A DNA stretch of 37,675 nt, from contig DATEUE010000213.1 in NCBI GenBank assembly GCA_035283305.1, positions 1-37,675 of the forward strand. The letters run 5' to 3'. Within the stretch, counting starts at the first letter, position 1, and each line of letters opens with the position of its first letter. Under the pieces are notes generated by a model that saw only the letters and a list, made by a program, of their open reading frames with translations, had not been told where the DNA came from and did not search any database. The position numbers and the translations under genes were made by a program. Shown one piece after another: positions 1-13,748 of this stretch. The stretch comes from Vicinamibacteria bacterium. Its GTDB lineage: Bacteria > Acidobacteriota > Vicinamibacteria > Fen-336.

Positions 1-1765
1 CGATCGGCTCGCGCTGGCGCTCGTACTGGTTCATGCGCGGGAGGAGCACTCCGAGCTCACGCCCGCCGCGCGACACGCCCACGCGCGCGACGACCGCCTC
101 GCGGTGCGGCTCGCTCACCTGGTCGACAGCGAGGAACGTCAGCGTGTAGGCGCCCACCTGGGTCTTCTCCCCGACCTTCAGCTGCGCCTCGCGGCTCGTG
201 CCCATCGTGCTGCTGACCGCGATCGCGACGATCACGATCGCGGCACCCGCGTGCACGACGTACGAGCCGAAGCGGCGCCTGCCGCGCAGGAACCCCACCT
301 CGACGAGCGCCCGCCCCAGGCTCTCGCGGTACGCGCCGCGGCGCCGCGCGAGGGGCAGCCACAGCTCGCGCAGCGTCACCTGCAGCGTGTAGCCGCCGAA
401 CGCCAGCGCCACGAGCGTCCAGGGCCGACGCACCCCGAGCGCCGCCGCGACGGCGGCGACGAGCGCGGCGGAGGCGAGCGGCGGCACGAGCGCCTGGCGC
501 ACCTGCTGCGGCGTCGCCCGGCCCCACGGCAGCGCCGGCCCCACGCCCATCAGCAGCAGCAGCGCGATTCCGAGCGGGACCGCCATGCGGTCGAAGTAGG
601 GGCGGCCGACGCTCATCTGCACGCCGCGCAGAGTCTCCACCAGCAACGGAAACACGGTGCCCAGCAGCACCGTGAACGTGAACAGCACGAACAGCAGGTT
701 GTTGACGAGGAAGAGCGAGTCGCGGCCGAGTGCAGGCTCGATCGTCCCGTCGGCCGAGAGCCGGTCGATGCGCAGCGCGAGCAGAGCAATCGACCAGGCG
801 AGCGAGAGCACCAGGAACACGAAGATCGTCGGTCCGATGGCGCTCTGTGTGAAGGAGTGCACGGAGTTGAAGACGCCGGAGCGCGTCATGAACGTGCCGA
901 GGATCGTCAGCAGGAACGTGGCCAGTACCAGCGTCACGGTCCAGCCCTTGAGGACACCCTTGCGCTCGGTGAGCAGGGCCGAGTGCAGTGCCGCGGTGGC
1001 CGTGAGCCATGGCAGGAAGGACGCGTTCTCCACCGGGTCCCACGCCCAGTAGCCGCCCCAGCCCAGCACCTCGTAGGCCCACCAGCCGCCGAGCACGATC
1101 GCGACCGTGAGGAACGTCCACGGCACCATCAGCCAGGTCCGCAACGGTCGCAGGAAGTCGTGGCCCAGGCGGCCAGTGAGGAGCGCCGCGGACGCGAGGC
1201 CGAAGGGGATGGTCATGCCGACGAAGCCCAGGTACAGGAAGGGCGGGTGAATCGCCATCAGCAGGTGGTTCTGGAGCAGCGGGTTTGGCCCCGGCCCGTC
1301 CGCGGGCACGGGCGAGACCGTTTGGAACGGCTGGGCCGGGCCCGCGAGCAGGAACGCGAAGAAGGCCCCGCACGCGAGCCACACGGCCACGGCCCAGGGC
1401 ATGTACTCGGGGTGACGGTCGCGGTTCGCCCACGTGGCGATGCCGACGTAGGCGCCGATCACGAGGCCCCAGAACAGGATCGACCCCTCGAGCGAGGACC
1501 ACAGGCTGACGATCGCCACCCAATCGGGCACCGAGCGCGATCCCACCTGGGCCACGTAGCTGACGCTGAAGTCGCGCGCCAGGAGCGCCCACACCATCAG
1601 CAGGTTGGCGGCGATCATCGCCCCCGCAAACAGGTAGGCCAGGCGGCGCGTCCAGGCCCAGCCGGCGGCTGAGCGGCGCACGGCGGTTGCCCCACCCACC
1701 ACCGCGCCGACCGTCGACGCGAGCAGCGCGAGCAGGACGAGGTTGCGGCCGATCGCGGCGGTCAC
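1..1765 (-). CDS. ccmF: cytochrome c-type biogenesis heme lyase CcmF (C-terminal part runs off the window)
   Basis: Not in the supplied track because there is no stop inside the window. My translation of the minus strand from GTG at 1763-1765 gives VTAAIGRNLVLLALL...LGGWWAYEVLGWGGYWAWDPVENASFLPWLTATAALH...SVHSFTQS. It has the Trp-rich WWD heme-handling motif and many hydrophobic helices. The GTG overlaps the ccmE stop (GTGA). The listed ORFs 57..1592(-) and 104..1672(+) are shadows of this gene. Confidence 0.9.
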   Translation of the reverse strand, partial: MTAAIGRNLVLLALLASTVGAVVGGATAVRRSAAGWAWTRRLAYLFAGAMIAANLLMVWALLARDFSVSYVAQVGSRSVPDWVAIVSLWSSLEGSILFWGLVIGAYVGIATWANRDRHPEYMPWAVAVWLACGAFFAFLLAGPAQPFQTVSPVPADGPGPNPLLQNHLLMAIHPPFLYLGFVGMTIPFGLASAALLTGRLGHDFLRPLRTWLMVPWTFLTVAIVLGGWWAYEVLGWGGYWAWDPVENASFLPWLTATAALHSALLTERKGVLKGWTVTLVLATFLLTILGTFMTRSGVFNSVHSFTQSAIGPTIFVFLVLSLAWSIALLALRIDRLSADGTIEPALGRDSLFLVNNLLFVLFTFTVLLGTVFPLLVETLRGVQMSVGRPYFDRMAVPLGIALLLLMGVGPALPWGRATPQQVRQALVPPLASAALVAAVAAALGVRRPWTLVALAFGGYTLQVTLRELWLPLARRRGAYRESLGRALVEVGFLRGRRRFGSYVVHAGAAIVIVAIAVSSTMGTSREAQLKVGEKTQVGAYTLTFLAVDQVSEPHREAVVARVGVSRGGRELGVLLPRMNQYERQREPI

Positions 1766-2358
1766 GGGCGGGGCCGCGGGCTGGGCGCCGCGGCGGGCCC
1801 GCCGGTCCGGCCGTCCCCCTCGCGGACGCTGCGCATCAGCTCGTCGATCGCAGCGCCCTCGGCCTCGGTCGGCGCCCGGTACTCGTTGCCGTGGGACACC
1901 ATCAGACGGTGGCCCTCGAAGTGGCCGGCGCGAGAGAGCGTGCCCTCCACCACGACGCCGATCCGCTCGCGGAACATCTGGGGCGGCACTCCGCTGCACT
2001 TCACGTGCGTGAGCGCACCCGCGCGATCGACGACGTCGAACTCGACGCCCGAGGCGCCCGGGCCGCGCCGGATCGAGCCGTCGGCGACCAGGCCGCCGAG
2101 CCGGATCGTGGCGCCGATCGCCTTGTCACCGGCGGCCTTGAGCTCGGTCGGTCCCCAGTAGTAGACGAGGTTCTTGCCGATCCCGCCGAGGCTCAGCATG
2201 AGGATGGCGGCCGCCGCGACGGCCAGGGCCACGAGCGTGACCCGGCGCCGCTTCGTGCCCCAGAGCAGCGCGCCGGTCGGCGGCAGGGAAGAATGGCTAG
2301 AGGGCGGTGTCGCGACGGGACCTGGCCCGCCTATAGCGCCAGAAGACTGAGAAGGCAT
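1762..2358 (-). CDS. ccmE: cytochrome c maturation heme chaperone CcmE
   Basis: A single N-terminal TM helix (VTLVALAVAAAAILMLSL) is followed by NLVYYWGPTEL, an OB-fold-like body and an H-x3-Y heme-binding motif (SHGNEY; HDENY in E. coli). ATG at 2356-2358 is the only start codon upstream of the TM helix, so it overlaps ccmD by 62 nt. It sits between ccmD and ccmF. Confidence 0.85.
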   Translation of the reverse strand: MPSQSSGAIGGPGPVATPPSSHSSLPPTGALLWGTKRRRVTLVALAVAAAAILMLSLGGIGKNLVYYWGPTELKAAGDKAIGATIRLGGLVADGSIRRGPGASGVEFDVVDRAGALTHVKCSGVPPQMFRERIGVVVEGTLSRAGHFEGHRLMVSHGNEYRAPTEAEGAAIDELMRSVREGDGRTGGPAAAPSPRPRP

Positions 2359-2446
2359 ACCCCAGCAGTATAACGGCGCTCGCGACGTAGGCCGCGACGA
2401 CGAACTCCCAGCCGCCCTGGATCACCCCGGCGGACGCGCCGTTCAT
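2297..2446 (-). CDS. ccmD: heme exporter protein CcmD (49 aa)
   Basis: It lies below the ORF-track size cut-off and appears only as the tail of shadow ORF 2297..3772. Sequence: MNGASAGVIQGGWEFVVAAYVASAVILLGYAFSVFWRYRRARSRRDTAL, one TM helix plus a basic tail. ATG at 2444-2446 overlaps the ccmC stop (ATGA). It occupies the canonical position between ccmC and ccmE. Confidence 0.7.
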   Translation of the reverse strand: MNGASAGVIQGGWEFVVAAYVASAVILLGYAFSVFWRYRRARSRRDTAL

Positions 2447-3141
2447 CGCACTCCTCCAAGGGCTTCGGCCACCCGGACCGGCGGCGGCGGGGCGCTCTCC
2501 GCCTCGCGGCGCAGGAAGGCGAGCCGAGCGCGCAGCTCGACGAGGCCAATCAGCAGGAACAGCACGCCGAAGGCGTTGATGCGCAGCGGCCAGTGGAACG
2601 CCCGCGACACGGTCTCGGGCGTCGACTGCAGCTGGTGCAGCGAGTTCCACCAGCGCACGGAGAAGTAGACGAGCGGCACGTCGACGTATGCGATCACCAC
2701 GGCCACGGACGACCACACCGCGCGCTTGACGGGGTCGTCCACGAACTGCCGCAGCGCCAGGATGCCGCCGAAGGCGAACAGCAGCACGGCCGTGGTCGTG
2801 AGGCGCGGGTCCCAGTCCCACCACACCCCCCAGGTCGGGCGCGCCCAGATCGAGCCCTGGATGCAGACGAGCCCCGAGAGCACGACACCCGCTTCGATCG
2901 CGGCCTCGAGTCGCGCGTCCCACCTCCAGCCACCGCGCAGCAGCGAGACGAGCGCGCAGGCGAACGCGAAGGTCAGCACCAGCATGGCGTTCCACGCGGT
3001 GGGCACGTGGACGTACATGATGCGCTGCACCTCGCCCATGTAAGCCTCGCGCGGAGCGAAAGCGAGGCCCCAGGTCGAGCCCCAGGCCAAGAGAGCGAGC
3101 CCGAGGCCCGCCATCACGAACGGCCACACGCCTTTGCCCAT
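2443..3141 (-). CDS. ccmC: heme exporter membrane protein CcmC
   Basis: 232-aa polytopic membrane protein with the WWD motif WGVWWDWDPRLT and conserved His-containing loops (MYVHVP, SLHQ). GGAGA lies 4 nt upstream of the ATG. Position in the ccm operon fits. Confidence 0.9.
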   Translation of the reverse strand: MGKGVWPFVMAGLGLALLAWGSTWGLAFAPREAYMGEVQRIMYVHVPTAWNAMLVLTFAFACALVSLLRGGWRWDARLEAAIEAGVVLSGLVCIQGSIWARPTWGVWWDWDPRLTTTAVLLFAFGGILALRQFVDDPVKRAVWSSVAVVIAYVDVPLVYFSVRWWNSLHQLQSTPETVSRAFHWPLRINAFGVLFLLIGLVELRARLAFLRREAESAPPPPVRVAEALGGVR

Positions 3142-3150
3142 CGCGTCTCC

Positions 3151-3816
3151 TCAGTCCTCGACCACGCGCTCGAACACGAGCCCGCACAAGGACCAGTAGA
3201 TGGCGTCGAAAGCCACGAGCAGCATCGTCCACGCGCCGAGCTGCCCCATCGGATCGCCCAGGATCAGGAGCGAGGTCGCCTTCACCGCTCCGAGCAGCGC
3301 CGGCACCACGAGCGGGAACAGCAGCAGCGGCAGCAGCGTGTTGCGGGCTCGCACCTGGGCGGTCATCGCGGCGTAGAGGGTTCCGGGCGCCGAGAGACCG
3401 GCCGCACCCAGCACGATGATGCCGAGGAGCGCCGGCACCCTGGCCGTCCCCGCATCGTACAGCACCACCATCACCGGCACGAGGGCCGCGCCCAGCAGGG
3501 TGAGCTGCAGCAGGTTGGCGACCGCCTTGCCGTAGTAGAGTGCCCGCGGGTCGGCGGGGAGCAGCAACAGGCCCTCGAGCGCGTGCTGAGCCATCTCGCT
3601 CTCGAAGCTGTCGGCGAGCGCGAGCGTCGACGCGAGCAGCAGCGCGAGCCACAGGAAGCCGCCGGCGAACTCCCTGAGCGCGGCCGCGTTCGGGCCGATC
3701 GCGAAGCTGAACAGCAGCAGCGCGGAGGCGCCGAACACGAAGACGGCGACGAGCTGCGAGCGCGTGCGCCACTGCAGCAGCAGGTCCTTGCGCAGCGCCG
3801 CCACGAACTGGCTCAT
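3151..3816 (-). CDS. ccmB: heme exporter permease CcmB
   Basis: The internal ATG at 3814-3816 of track ORF 3151..4173 gives MSQFVAALRKDLLLQWRTRSQL... (221 aa, six hydrophobic helices). It overlaps the ccmA stop by 4 nt (ATGA). The 119-aa upstream extension in the track is Arg/Ala junk that overlaps ccmA. Confidence 0.85.
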   Translation of the reverse strand: MSQFVAALRKDLLLQWRTRSQLVAVFVFGASALLLFSFAIGPNAAALREFAGGFLWLALLLASTLALADSFESEMAQHALEGLLLLPADPRALYYGKAVANLLQLTLLGAALVPVMVVLYDAGTARVPALLGIIVLGAAGLSAPGTLYAAMTAQVRARNTLLPLLLFPLVVPALLGAVKATSLLILGDPMGQLGAWTMLLVAFDAIYWSLCGLVFERVVED

Positions 3817-4499
3817 GCGCGAGCGCTCCCGCCGGGCGCTTCGGCCGGCATCAGGGCGGCCTCCCCGCTCCAGGCGAGCCGCCCCTCCTCGAGCAGCAGC
3901 GCGTGGTCGCACAGCGCCCGGCCGCGCTCCACGAGGTGTGTCGCCATGATCACGGTGGCCGCTCGCGAGCGCAGCTCGGCGATGACGCGGTCGAGCAGCG
4001 CGAAGCCGGGCGGGTCGAGCTCGCCGTAGGGCTCGTCCAGCAGCACCACCGCGGCGTCCTGCAGCAGCACGCGCGCGAGCGCCAGGCGCTTGCGCATGCC
4101 GGCGGAGTAGCTCGAGACCGGGTCGTCCGCGCGCTCCTCGAGCCCCACCCGCGCGAGCAGGCCCGGATCGCACGGGCGGCCCAGGAAGCTCGCGGCGATC
4201 TCGAGGTTCTCGTGCGCGGTGAGTGCCTCGTAGTGGAAGGAGTGGTGGCCGAGGAGGGCGACCTGGCGCCGCACCTGGTCGCGCTCGTGGCGCACGTCGT
4301 GCCCGGCGACCCTGGCGCTGCCGTGGTCGGGGCGCAGCGCCGTCGCCAGCACGCGCAGCAGTGTCGACTTGCCGGAGCCGTTGCGACCCGCCAGCATCAC
4401 GACCGAGCCCGCGGGCACGCCCAGGCTCACGTCGCTGAGCGCCCAGCGCCGGCCGTAGCGCCGGCTGAGCCCGATCGTCTCGACGGCCAGGGTGGTCAT
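3813..4499 (-). CDS. ccmA: cytochrome c biogenesis ABC transporter ATP-binding protein CcmA
   Basis: Walker A GRNGSGKST, ABC signature YSAGMRKRLALA, Walker B VVLLDEP and H-loop ATH. It is the first gene of the ccmABCDEF order. Confidence 0.9.
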   Translation of the reverse strand: MTTLAVETIGLSRRYGRRWALSDVSLGVPAGSVVMLAGRNGSGKSTLLRVLATALRPDHGSARVAGHDVRHERDQVRRQVALLGHHSFHYEALTAHENLEIAASFLGRPCDPGLLARVGLEERADDPVSSYSAGMRKRLALARVLLQDAAVVLLDEPYGELDPPGFALLDRVIAELRSRAATVIMATHLVERGRALCDHALLLEEGRLAWSGEAALMPAEAPGGSARA

Positions 4500-4512
4500 C
4501 GGGATCAGGAAG

Positions 4513-5610
4513 CTACCAGCTGAAGCAGAGCGTCACGCGTGGAACCAGATCGGAGGCCGGCGTCGTGCCGTCCTGGCCCTGGCCGTAGCTGGTCCCCTCG
4601 AGGTTGGGGACGAGGTGCACCGTCTTGGCAAGCGTCACGTCCACGCCAGCGTAGCCGAAGAGCGCCGGCGCCGTCTCGGAGAACGGCATGTAGTCGATCG
4701 TCTCGCCGTTCGGGATCGAGTCGAAGTTGCGGTCGAGCCGGCCCACGAGCGCGAGCTTCGGCGTGAGCTGGACCGCGGCGAACGCCGACAGGAGCTCGAG
4801 CTCCAGGTCGGCCCCGTCTGGGCCCGCCTCACGACGCTCCTGCCGACCGTACTGGAGCGACGCCCGTCACTTCGCCTCCTGCCAGCCGGCGAACGCCTCG
4901 AGCGTCGAGACGTCGCGCCCGTCGGGCCGGTCCTGCCAGTCGGCGTAGCCCTCGAGCACGAGACCGTTCGCGAAGCGGTGAACCAGCTGCGCGCGCGCGG
5001 ACTTGCTCTGGTCCACCTCGGAGCCGGTGCCGGATCCGTTGCCCAGCTGCAGCGCGTAGCTCGTCCGCTGCGCCCTGCCGAAGCGGCCCAGCAACACGAC
5101 GCCCAGGTCGCGCGAGGAGTCCCAGCGGTAGAGATCGATCGGGGTCTTCTCGATCGAGCGGTAGCCCTGGAAGGCCTCGACGAACTCGATTTGGGGCGAG
5201 GGCGCCATGCCGAAGACGAGGGCGTGCGCGCCCCGCGCCCACTTGAGCCAGGCGTCCTTCAGATACGGGGTGTTGACTCCGGTCGACTCGAAGTCGCCCT
5301 TGCTGTTCATCTCGAGCCGAACACGCAGGGAGAACGCCTTGGAGAGCGTGTGGTCGTACGTGAGATAGACGCGGCGGAGCCAGAAGCCGTTCTGGCCCTC
5401 GAGCTCGTCGCGGTGGTTCGCGGCCACGTAGTAGTAGTCGCCGTATACGAGGCCGCTGATCTTGAAAGCCGGGGCCACGTCGGCCTCGGCCGCCTGGGCC
5501 GGCGGCGGGGCGGGAGCGGACGGCGGGCTCTGCGCCGGCGTCTGGCTGGACGCCGCAGTCGCGGTCAGGGCCAGCTGAGAGACAAGAACGAGCACGAGTC
5601 CGCGGAACAT
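4513..5610 (-). pseudogene. outer-membrane beta-barrel porin interrupted by one in-frame TGA (4867-4869)
   Basis: ATG at 5608-5610 gives the signal peptide MFRGLVLVLVSQLALTATAASS, then alternating-hydrophobic beta-strand sequence (FKISGLVYGDYYYV..., LRVRLEMN...). The reading frame stops at TGA 4867-4869 (..AGWQEAK*). It continues in the same frame (4867-4513 = 354 = 3x118) to a typical OMP C-terminus, ..RVTLCFSW, at 4513. Confidence 0.6.
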
Positions 5611-5678
5611 CCCGCGCAGTATGCCAGACGTCCCACGCCGGACCAGAGCGGGCTCGAAAGCGGCAGCTCCGGCCTGTT

Positions 5679-6545
5679 TCAGCGGCGGTGGCCTGCGATC
5701 GCGAGCGCGATCCCGCCCAGGATCAGGACGCTCGCGAGCACGAGCCGCAGCGAGACGTCCTCGCCCAGCGCGAGCACGCCCCCGAGGGCCGCCAGCGGCG
5801 GGACCGAGAGCTGGACGATCGCCGCCTGCGTGGCGGTGAGGCCCCGCAGCGCCGCGTACCAGACGGCGTACCCGAGGCCCGAGGTGAGAGCGCCGGAGGC
5901 GATCGCCAGCACGACGCCGGCGAGCGTGAGGTGGGTCGCGGCCAACAGACCGAAGACCGCGCTCGCCACGAGCGCGAGCGGGACGGCCCGGGCGAAGCTC
6001 GACGCGTTGGCAGCGACGGCATCCGCGGCGCCGCGGCCGCGCAACGAATAGACCCCCCAGGCCGCCCCGGCGCCGAGCATCAGCGCCGACCCGAGGGGAT
6101 CGGGCCGCGACAGGCCCGGTCGGGTGAGCAGCACCAGGCCGACGAGCGACACGGCGAGGCCGGCCCATTCCAGGGCGCGCGGACGCTCGCCGCCGCGCAG
6201 GCCGGCGCCGATCATCGTGAGCTGGACGGCGGCGAAGAGCAGCAGCGCCCCCGTCCCCGCCGGAACCCACAGATAGGCGAGCGAGAAGAGGATCGCGTAC
6301 GCAAAGAGCGCCGCGGCCGAGACCCACGCGAGCCGCGGCGCCGGCGAAGCGCTCCCGCGGGCCCTCGCCAGCAGGCCCAGCGCGAGCGCGCCCGAGACGA
6401 GACGCAGCGTCGTGAAGCTCGCGGCGTCGGCGTGCCCGCCCGCGAGCGCGGCCCGGCACAGCAGCGAGTTGGCGGCGAACGCGAGCATCGCCGCGGCAGT
6501 CAGGGCCGCGGTGAGCGCGGCACGCGGGAAAGGCTCAGGCGGCAC
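5679..6545 (-). CDS. EamA/DMT-family transporter
   Basis: About 10 hydrophobic helices in two EamA-like halves (LAFAANSLLCRAAL..., GALTSGLGYAVWYAALRGL..., VLILGGIALAI). I prefer the GTG at 6543-6545, which keeps the first helix intact and overlaps the MaoC stop by 11 nt. The alternative ATG at 6488 would cut TM1. Confidence 0.75.
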   Translation of the reverse strand: MPPEPFPRAALTAALTAAAMLAFAANSLLCRAALAGGHADAASFTTLRLVSGALALGLLARARGSASPAPRLAWVSAAALFAYAILFSLAYLWVPAGTGALLLFAAVQLTMIGAGLRGGERPRALEWAGLAVSLVGLVLLTRPGLSRPDPLGSALMLGAGAAWGVYSLRGRGAADAVAANASSFARAVPLALVASAVFGLLAATHLTLAGVVLAIASGALTSGLGYAVWYAALRGLTATQAAIVQLSVPPLAALGGVLALGEDVSLRLVLASVLILGGIALAIAGHRR

Positions 6546-6966
6546 CGAGCGCCATCGTGTAGCAGACCGCTGTGCCTTCGAGAACCACCACCCCGTCCTG
6601 GCGGCGCACGCTGGTCTTGAGCTTCGTGATCGGCTTGTCCTCGCGCGCTTCCAGAACCTCGACGGCACCCGTGATCGTGTCGCCCGGGCGTACCGGAGCC
6701 GTGAAGCGCCAGTCGACGTGCAGGAACACCGTCCCGGGGCCGGGCAGGTCCTCGGCCACGACTGCGTTCAGGATCGCGCTCGTGACGCCGCCCTGGACCA
6801 CGATCTCGCCGAAGCGGGACGCGCGGGCGGCCGCCTCGTCATAGTGAAGCGGGTTCCGGTCGCCGCTGATCTCGGTGAAAAGCCGGATGTACTCGGGCTC
6901 GACGCGGCGTGAGCGTTCGGCTGTCTGTCCCACCCGGGGCGCCCCCCGCGGCCAGGCGCTGGCCAT
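6535..6966 (-). CDS. MaoC-like (R)-specific enoyl-CoA hydratase / dehydratase
   Basis: 143-aa hot-dog fold with the hydratase-2 motif SGDRNPLHYDEAAA...FGEIVVQGGV. AAGGAGG lies 5 nt upstream of the ATG. Confidence 0.85.
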   Translation of the reverse strand: MASAWPRGAPRVGQTAERSRRVEPEYIRLFTEISGDRNPLHYDEAAARASRFGEIVVQGGVTSAILNAVVAEDLPGPGTVFLHVDWRFTAPVRPGDTITGAVEVLEAREDKPITKLKTSVRRQDGVVVLEGTAVCYTMALGAA

Positions 6967-7059
6967 ATTGCCTCCTTGTCGCGCGAGTGGTGTGAGTGGG
7001 CGGCATTATCCCACCGCCGCCGGGAGCGTCCTTCGTGTTCCAGGGCGGCAGCCGGGAGG

Positions 7060-9279
<2,220 letters not shown>

Positions 9280-9295
9280 GACGCTGGCGGAATCC

Positions 9296-11515
<2,220 letters not shown>

Positions 11516-11531
11516 GGCTTTGCTTCGAAGC

Positions 11532-13748
11532 CTACTCGGTCGCCGCCGTCGCCGGGTACAGCTTGGCGAACTCCGGCTCGCCGCGTAGCAGCGCCAGGTC
11601 GGGATCGCGGCGGGCCCAGTCCGGGTCGCGGAAGCCCGCATCCCAGGACTTCTGGATCGCGGCGAGCGCTTCGAATTTCTTGCCGAGCTGGCAGAACACG
11701 CAGGCCGCGTTGTAGAGCACGATCGCCTCGTTCGGCCGCAGCGCGATGGCGAGGCTCGCCTCGCGCTCGGCGGCGTCCACCATCCCGAGGCTCGCGTAGT
11801 CGCCGGCGAGCAGCGTGCGGGCGCGGGCGTCCTCCGGCACGGTCTTGATATGGGCCTCGAGCGCCTGGATCTCACGCTGGCGCATCTTGTCGAGCGCGTC
11901 CTTCTTGCCGAGCGCGCCGAGCGCGTTCGTCACCGGCACGTAGACGTTGTAGTCCCCGCCGCTCGCCTCGAGCGCGGCGTCGCCGAGGCGCGCCACCTCC
12001 TGGTACTGGCCCGAGGCAAAGAGCGCGCGCAGCAGCAGGTAGTAGGCGCCCTCGGTGTCGGCCTTGCGCTCGATCGCCTGGCGCACGGCGGCCACGGCCT
12101 GCTCGTACTGTCCTTCGGCGTACAGGATCCAGCTCTCGGCCACCAGGACTTCGGGCAGGTCGCGCCGCAGGGCACTCGCCCGCTGCGTGGCCGACACGGC
12201 CCGGCCGATCCAGCCCTGCGCGCGCTCGTAGTGGTAGTGGAGCTCGGCGCACACGTTGGCGATGGCGGCGTGCGCGAGCGCGAACGTGGGGTCGAGCGAG
12301 ACCGCGTTCTCGAACATCTGCAGCGCGAACTCCAGATCCTGGCGCGTGAGCCGGCGCGCGAAGCTCTTGCCGCGCAGGTAGAGATCGTAGGCCTGCAGGC
12401 TCTGCGTCGGCTTGACGGCGAGGGCCTCCTGCTCCTGCGGCGAGAGCTGCACCCGCAGCGCCTCGGCGATCTTGCGCGCGATCTCGTCCTGCACCTCGAA
12501 CACGTCGGCCATCTCGCGGTCGTAGCGCTCGGACCAGAGCGGGAAGTCGGTCTGCGTGTCCACGAGCTGCGCGGTGATCCGGAGCCGCTGCCCCGCCCGG
12601 CGCAGCGTGCCGGTGAGCACGCAGGACGCCTTGAGCTGCTGGCCGATCTGGACGGGCGTGACAGGCTTGTCGCGGTACGCGAGCACCGTCGGGCGCGAGA
12701 AGATCCGAAGGCCCTTGATCTTCGAGAGCTCCGTGATGATGTCCTCGGTCACCCCGTCGCGCAGGTACTCGTCCTCCTTCACCCCGGAGAGGTTCTCGAA
12801 GTAGAGCACCGCGACTGAGCGCTCGGCGGCCTTCTGGGCGCCGCTGCGCGTGTCGGGGGCCTCCGCCGCGCGCCGCCCGCCGGAGTCGGCGTCGCGCTTC
12901 AGGCGCATCAGGTCGGTCTTGAGGTCGGTGGCGGTCTGATAGCGGAGGTTGCGGTCCTTCTCCAGCGCCTTGCCGAGGGCGCGGCTGAGGTCGGCCGGGA
13001 GCGATGGGTTGACCTGCGACAGCGGCAGCGGCTCGCGGTTGAGGATGGCGTCGAAAACGACCGCCGAGGTCTCGCCCTGGAACGGCAGCACTCCGGTCGC
13101 CATCTGGTAGAGCACCGTGCCGAGCGAGAAGAGGTCGGTGCGCGAGTCGGTGAGCTGACCGCGCGCCTGCTCGGGCGACATGTAGGACACCGTTCCCATC
13201 GTGGTGCCCGCGCTCGTCAGCTCGTTGGGCTGAATCGCCGTCGGCGCCTCCGAGTGCTCTCCGCCCGCGGGCCGCGCGCGCTCGATCTTGGCGAGGCCGA
13301 AGTCCAGGATCTTCGCCTGCCCGCGCGGCGTCACGAAGATGTTGGCCGGCTTGAGGTCGCGGTGCACGATCCCCTTCGCGTGCGCCGACTCGAGCGCGTC
13401 CGCGATCTGGATCCCGAGGTCGAGCAGCGTGCCGAGCTCGACCGGCCCCTTGCGGATCCGGTCCGCGAGCGTCTCGCCCTCGAGCAGCTCCATCGCGATG
13501 AAGTGCTGACCCTCGTGCTGGTCGATGGCGTGGACGGTACAGATGCCGGGGTGGTTGAGCTGCGAGGCCGCCTTGGCCTCGCGCTGGAAGCGCTGCAGCG
13601 CGTCCGCGTCCTGCGCCATCTCCAGCGGCAGGAACTTGAGAGCGACGTGCCGCCCGAGCTTGGTGTCCTCGGCCTCGTAGACGACGCCCATCCCGCCGCT
13701 GCCCAGCTTCGACAGGATCCGGTAGTGCGCGACCGACTGGCCGATCAT
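11532..13748 (-). CDS. Ser/Thr protein kinase / TolB_N-like / TPR (array copy 3)
   Basis: 738 aa with the same motif set ([60 protein letters not shown] tail). Its ATG overlaps the copy 4 stop (ATGA at 13745-13748). Confidence 0.9.
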   Translation of the reverse strand: MIGQSVAHYRILSKLGSGGMGVVYEAEDTKLGRHVALKFLPLEMAQDADALQRFQREAKAASQLNHPGICTVHAIDQHEGQHFIAMELLEGETLADRIRKGPVELGTLLDLGIQIADALESAHAKGIVHRDLKPANIFVTPRGQAKILDFGLAKIERARPAGGEHSEAPTAIQPNELTSAGTTMGTVSYMSPEQARGQLTDSRTDLFSLGTVLYQMATGVLPFQGETSAVVFDAILNREPLPLSQVNPSLPADLSRALGKALEKDRNLRYQTATDLKTDLMRLKRDADSGGRRAAEAPDTRSGAQKAAERSVAVLYFENLSGVKEDEYLRDGVTEDIITELSKIKGLRIFSRPTVLAYRDKPVTPVQIGQQLKASCVLTGTLRRAGQRLRITAQLVDTQTDFPLWSERYDREMADVFEVQDEIARKIAEALRVQLSPQEQEALAVKPTQSLQAYDLYLRGKSFARRLTRQDLEFALQMFENAVSLDPTFALAHAAIANVCAELHYHYERAQGWIGRAVSATQRASALRRDLPEVLVAESWILYAEGQYEQAVAAVRQAIERKADTEGAYYLLLRALFASGQYQEVARLGDAALEASGGDYNVYVPVTNALGALGKKDALDKMRQREIQALEAHIKTVPEDARARTLLAGDYASLGMVDAAEREASLAIALRPNEAIVLYNAACVFCQLGKKFEALAAIQKSWDAGFRDPDWARRDPDLALLRGEPEFAKLYPATAATE

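Noticed and set aside
57-1672. Track ORFs 57..1592(-) 511 aa and 104..1672(+) 522 aa
   Set aside because: Their Arg/Gly/Ala/Pro-rich translations have no motifs. The third minus-strand frame encodes a clean CcmF with the WGGYWAWDPVENAS motif, so these are high-GC shadow ORFs.
2297-4173. Track ORFs 2297..3772(-) 491 aa, 2593..4029(+) 478 aa and the 119-aa N-terminal extension of 3151..4173(-)
   Set aside because: They are out-of-frame or antisense shadows over ccmC, ccmB and ccmA. Only the last 49 codons of 2297..3772 (ccmD) and the part of 3151..4173 from the ATG at 3816 (ccmB) look like real protein.
4867-4869. Selenocysteine or genetic-code reassignment at the in-frame TGA of the porin
   Set aside because: TGA terminates several confident genes in the window. 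An exported beta-barrel is an implausible selenoprotein, and the downstream stem is short. It is kept only as a minor alternative in the finding.
6967-7059. Possible promoter or terminator between kinase copy 1 and the MaoC gene (GATAAT-like box and a GGCGGC..GCCGCC stem on the minus strand)
   Set aside because: There is no acceptable -35 element at 16-19 nt and no U-tract after the stem. The evidence is too weak to call.
11516-11875. 120-codon N-terminal extension of kinase copy 2 (track ORF 9296..11875)
   Set aside because: The extension overlaps the 3' end of kinase copy 3 and is Arg/Ser/Pro-rich. The internal ATG at 11515 gives a protein collinear with the paralogs and equal in length to copy 1.
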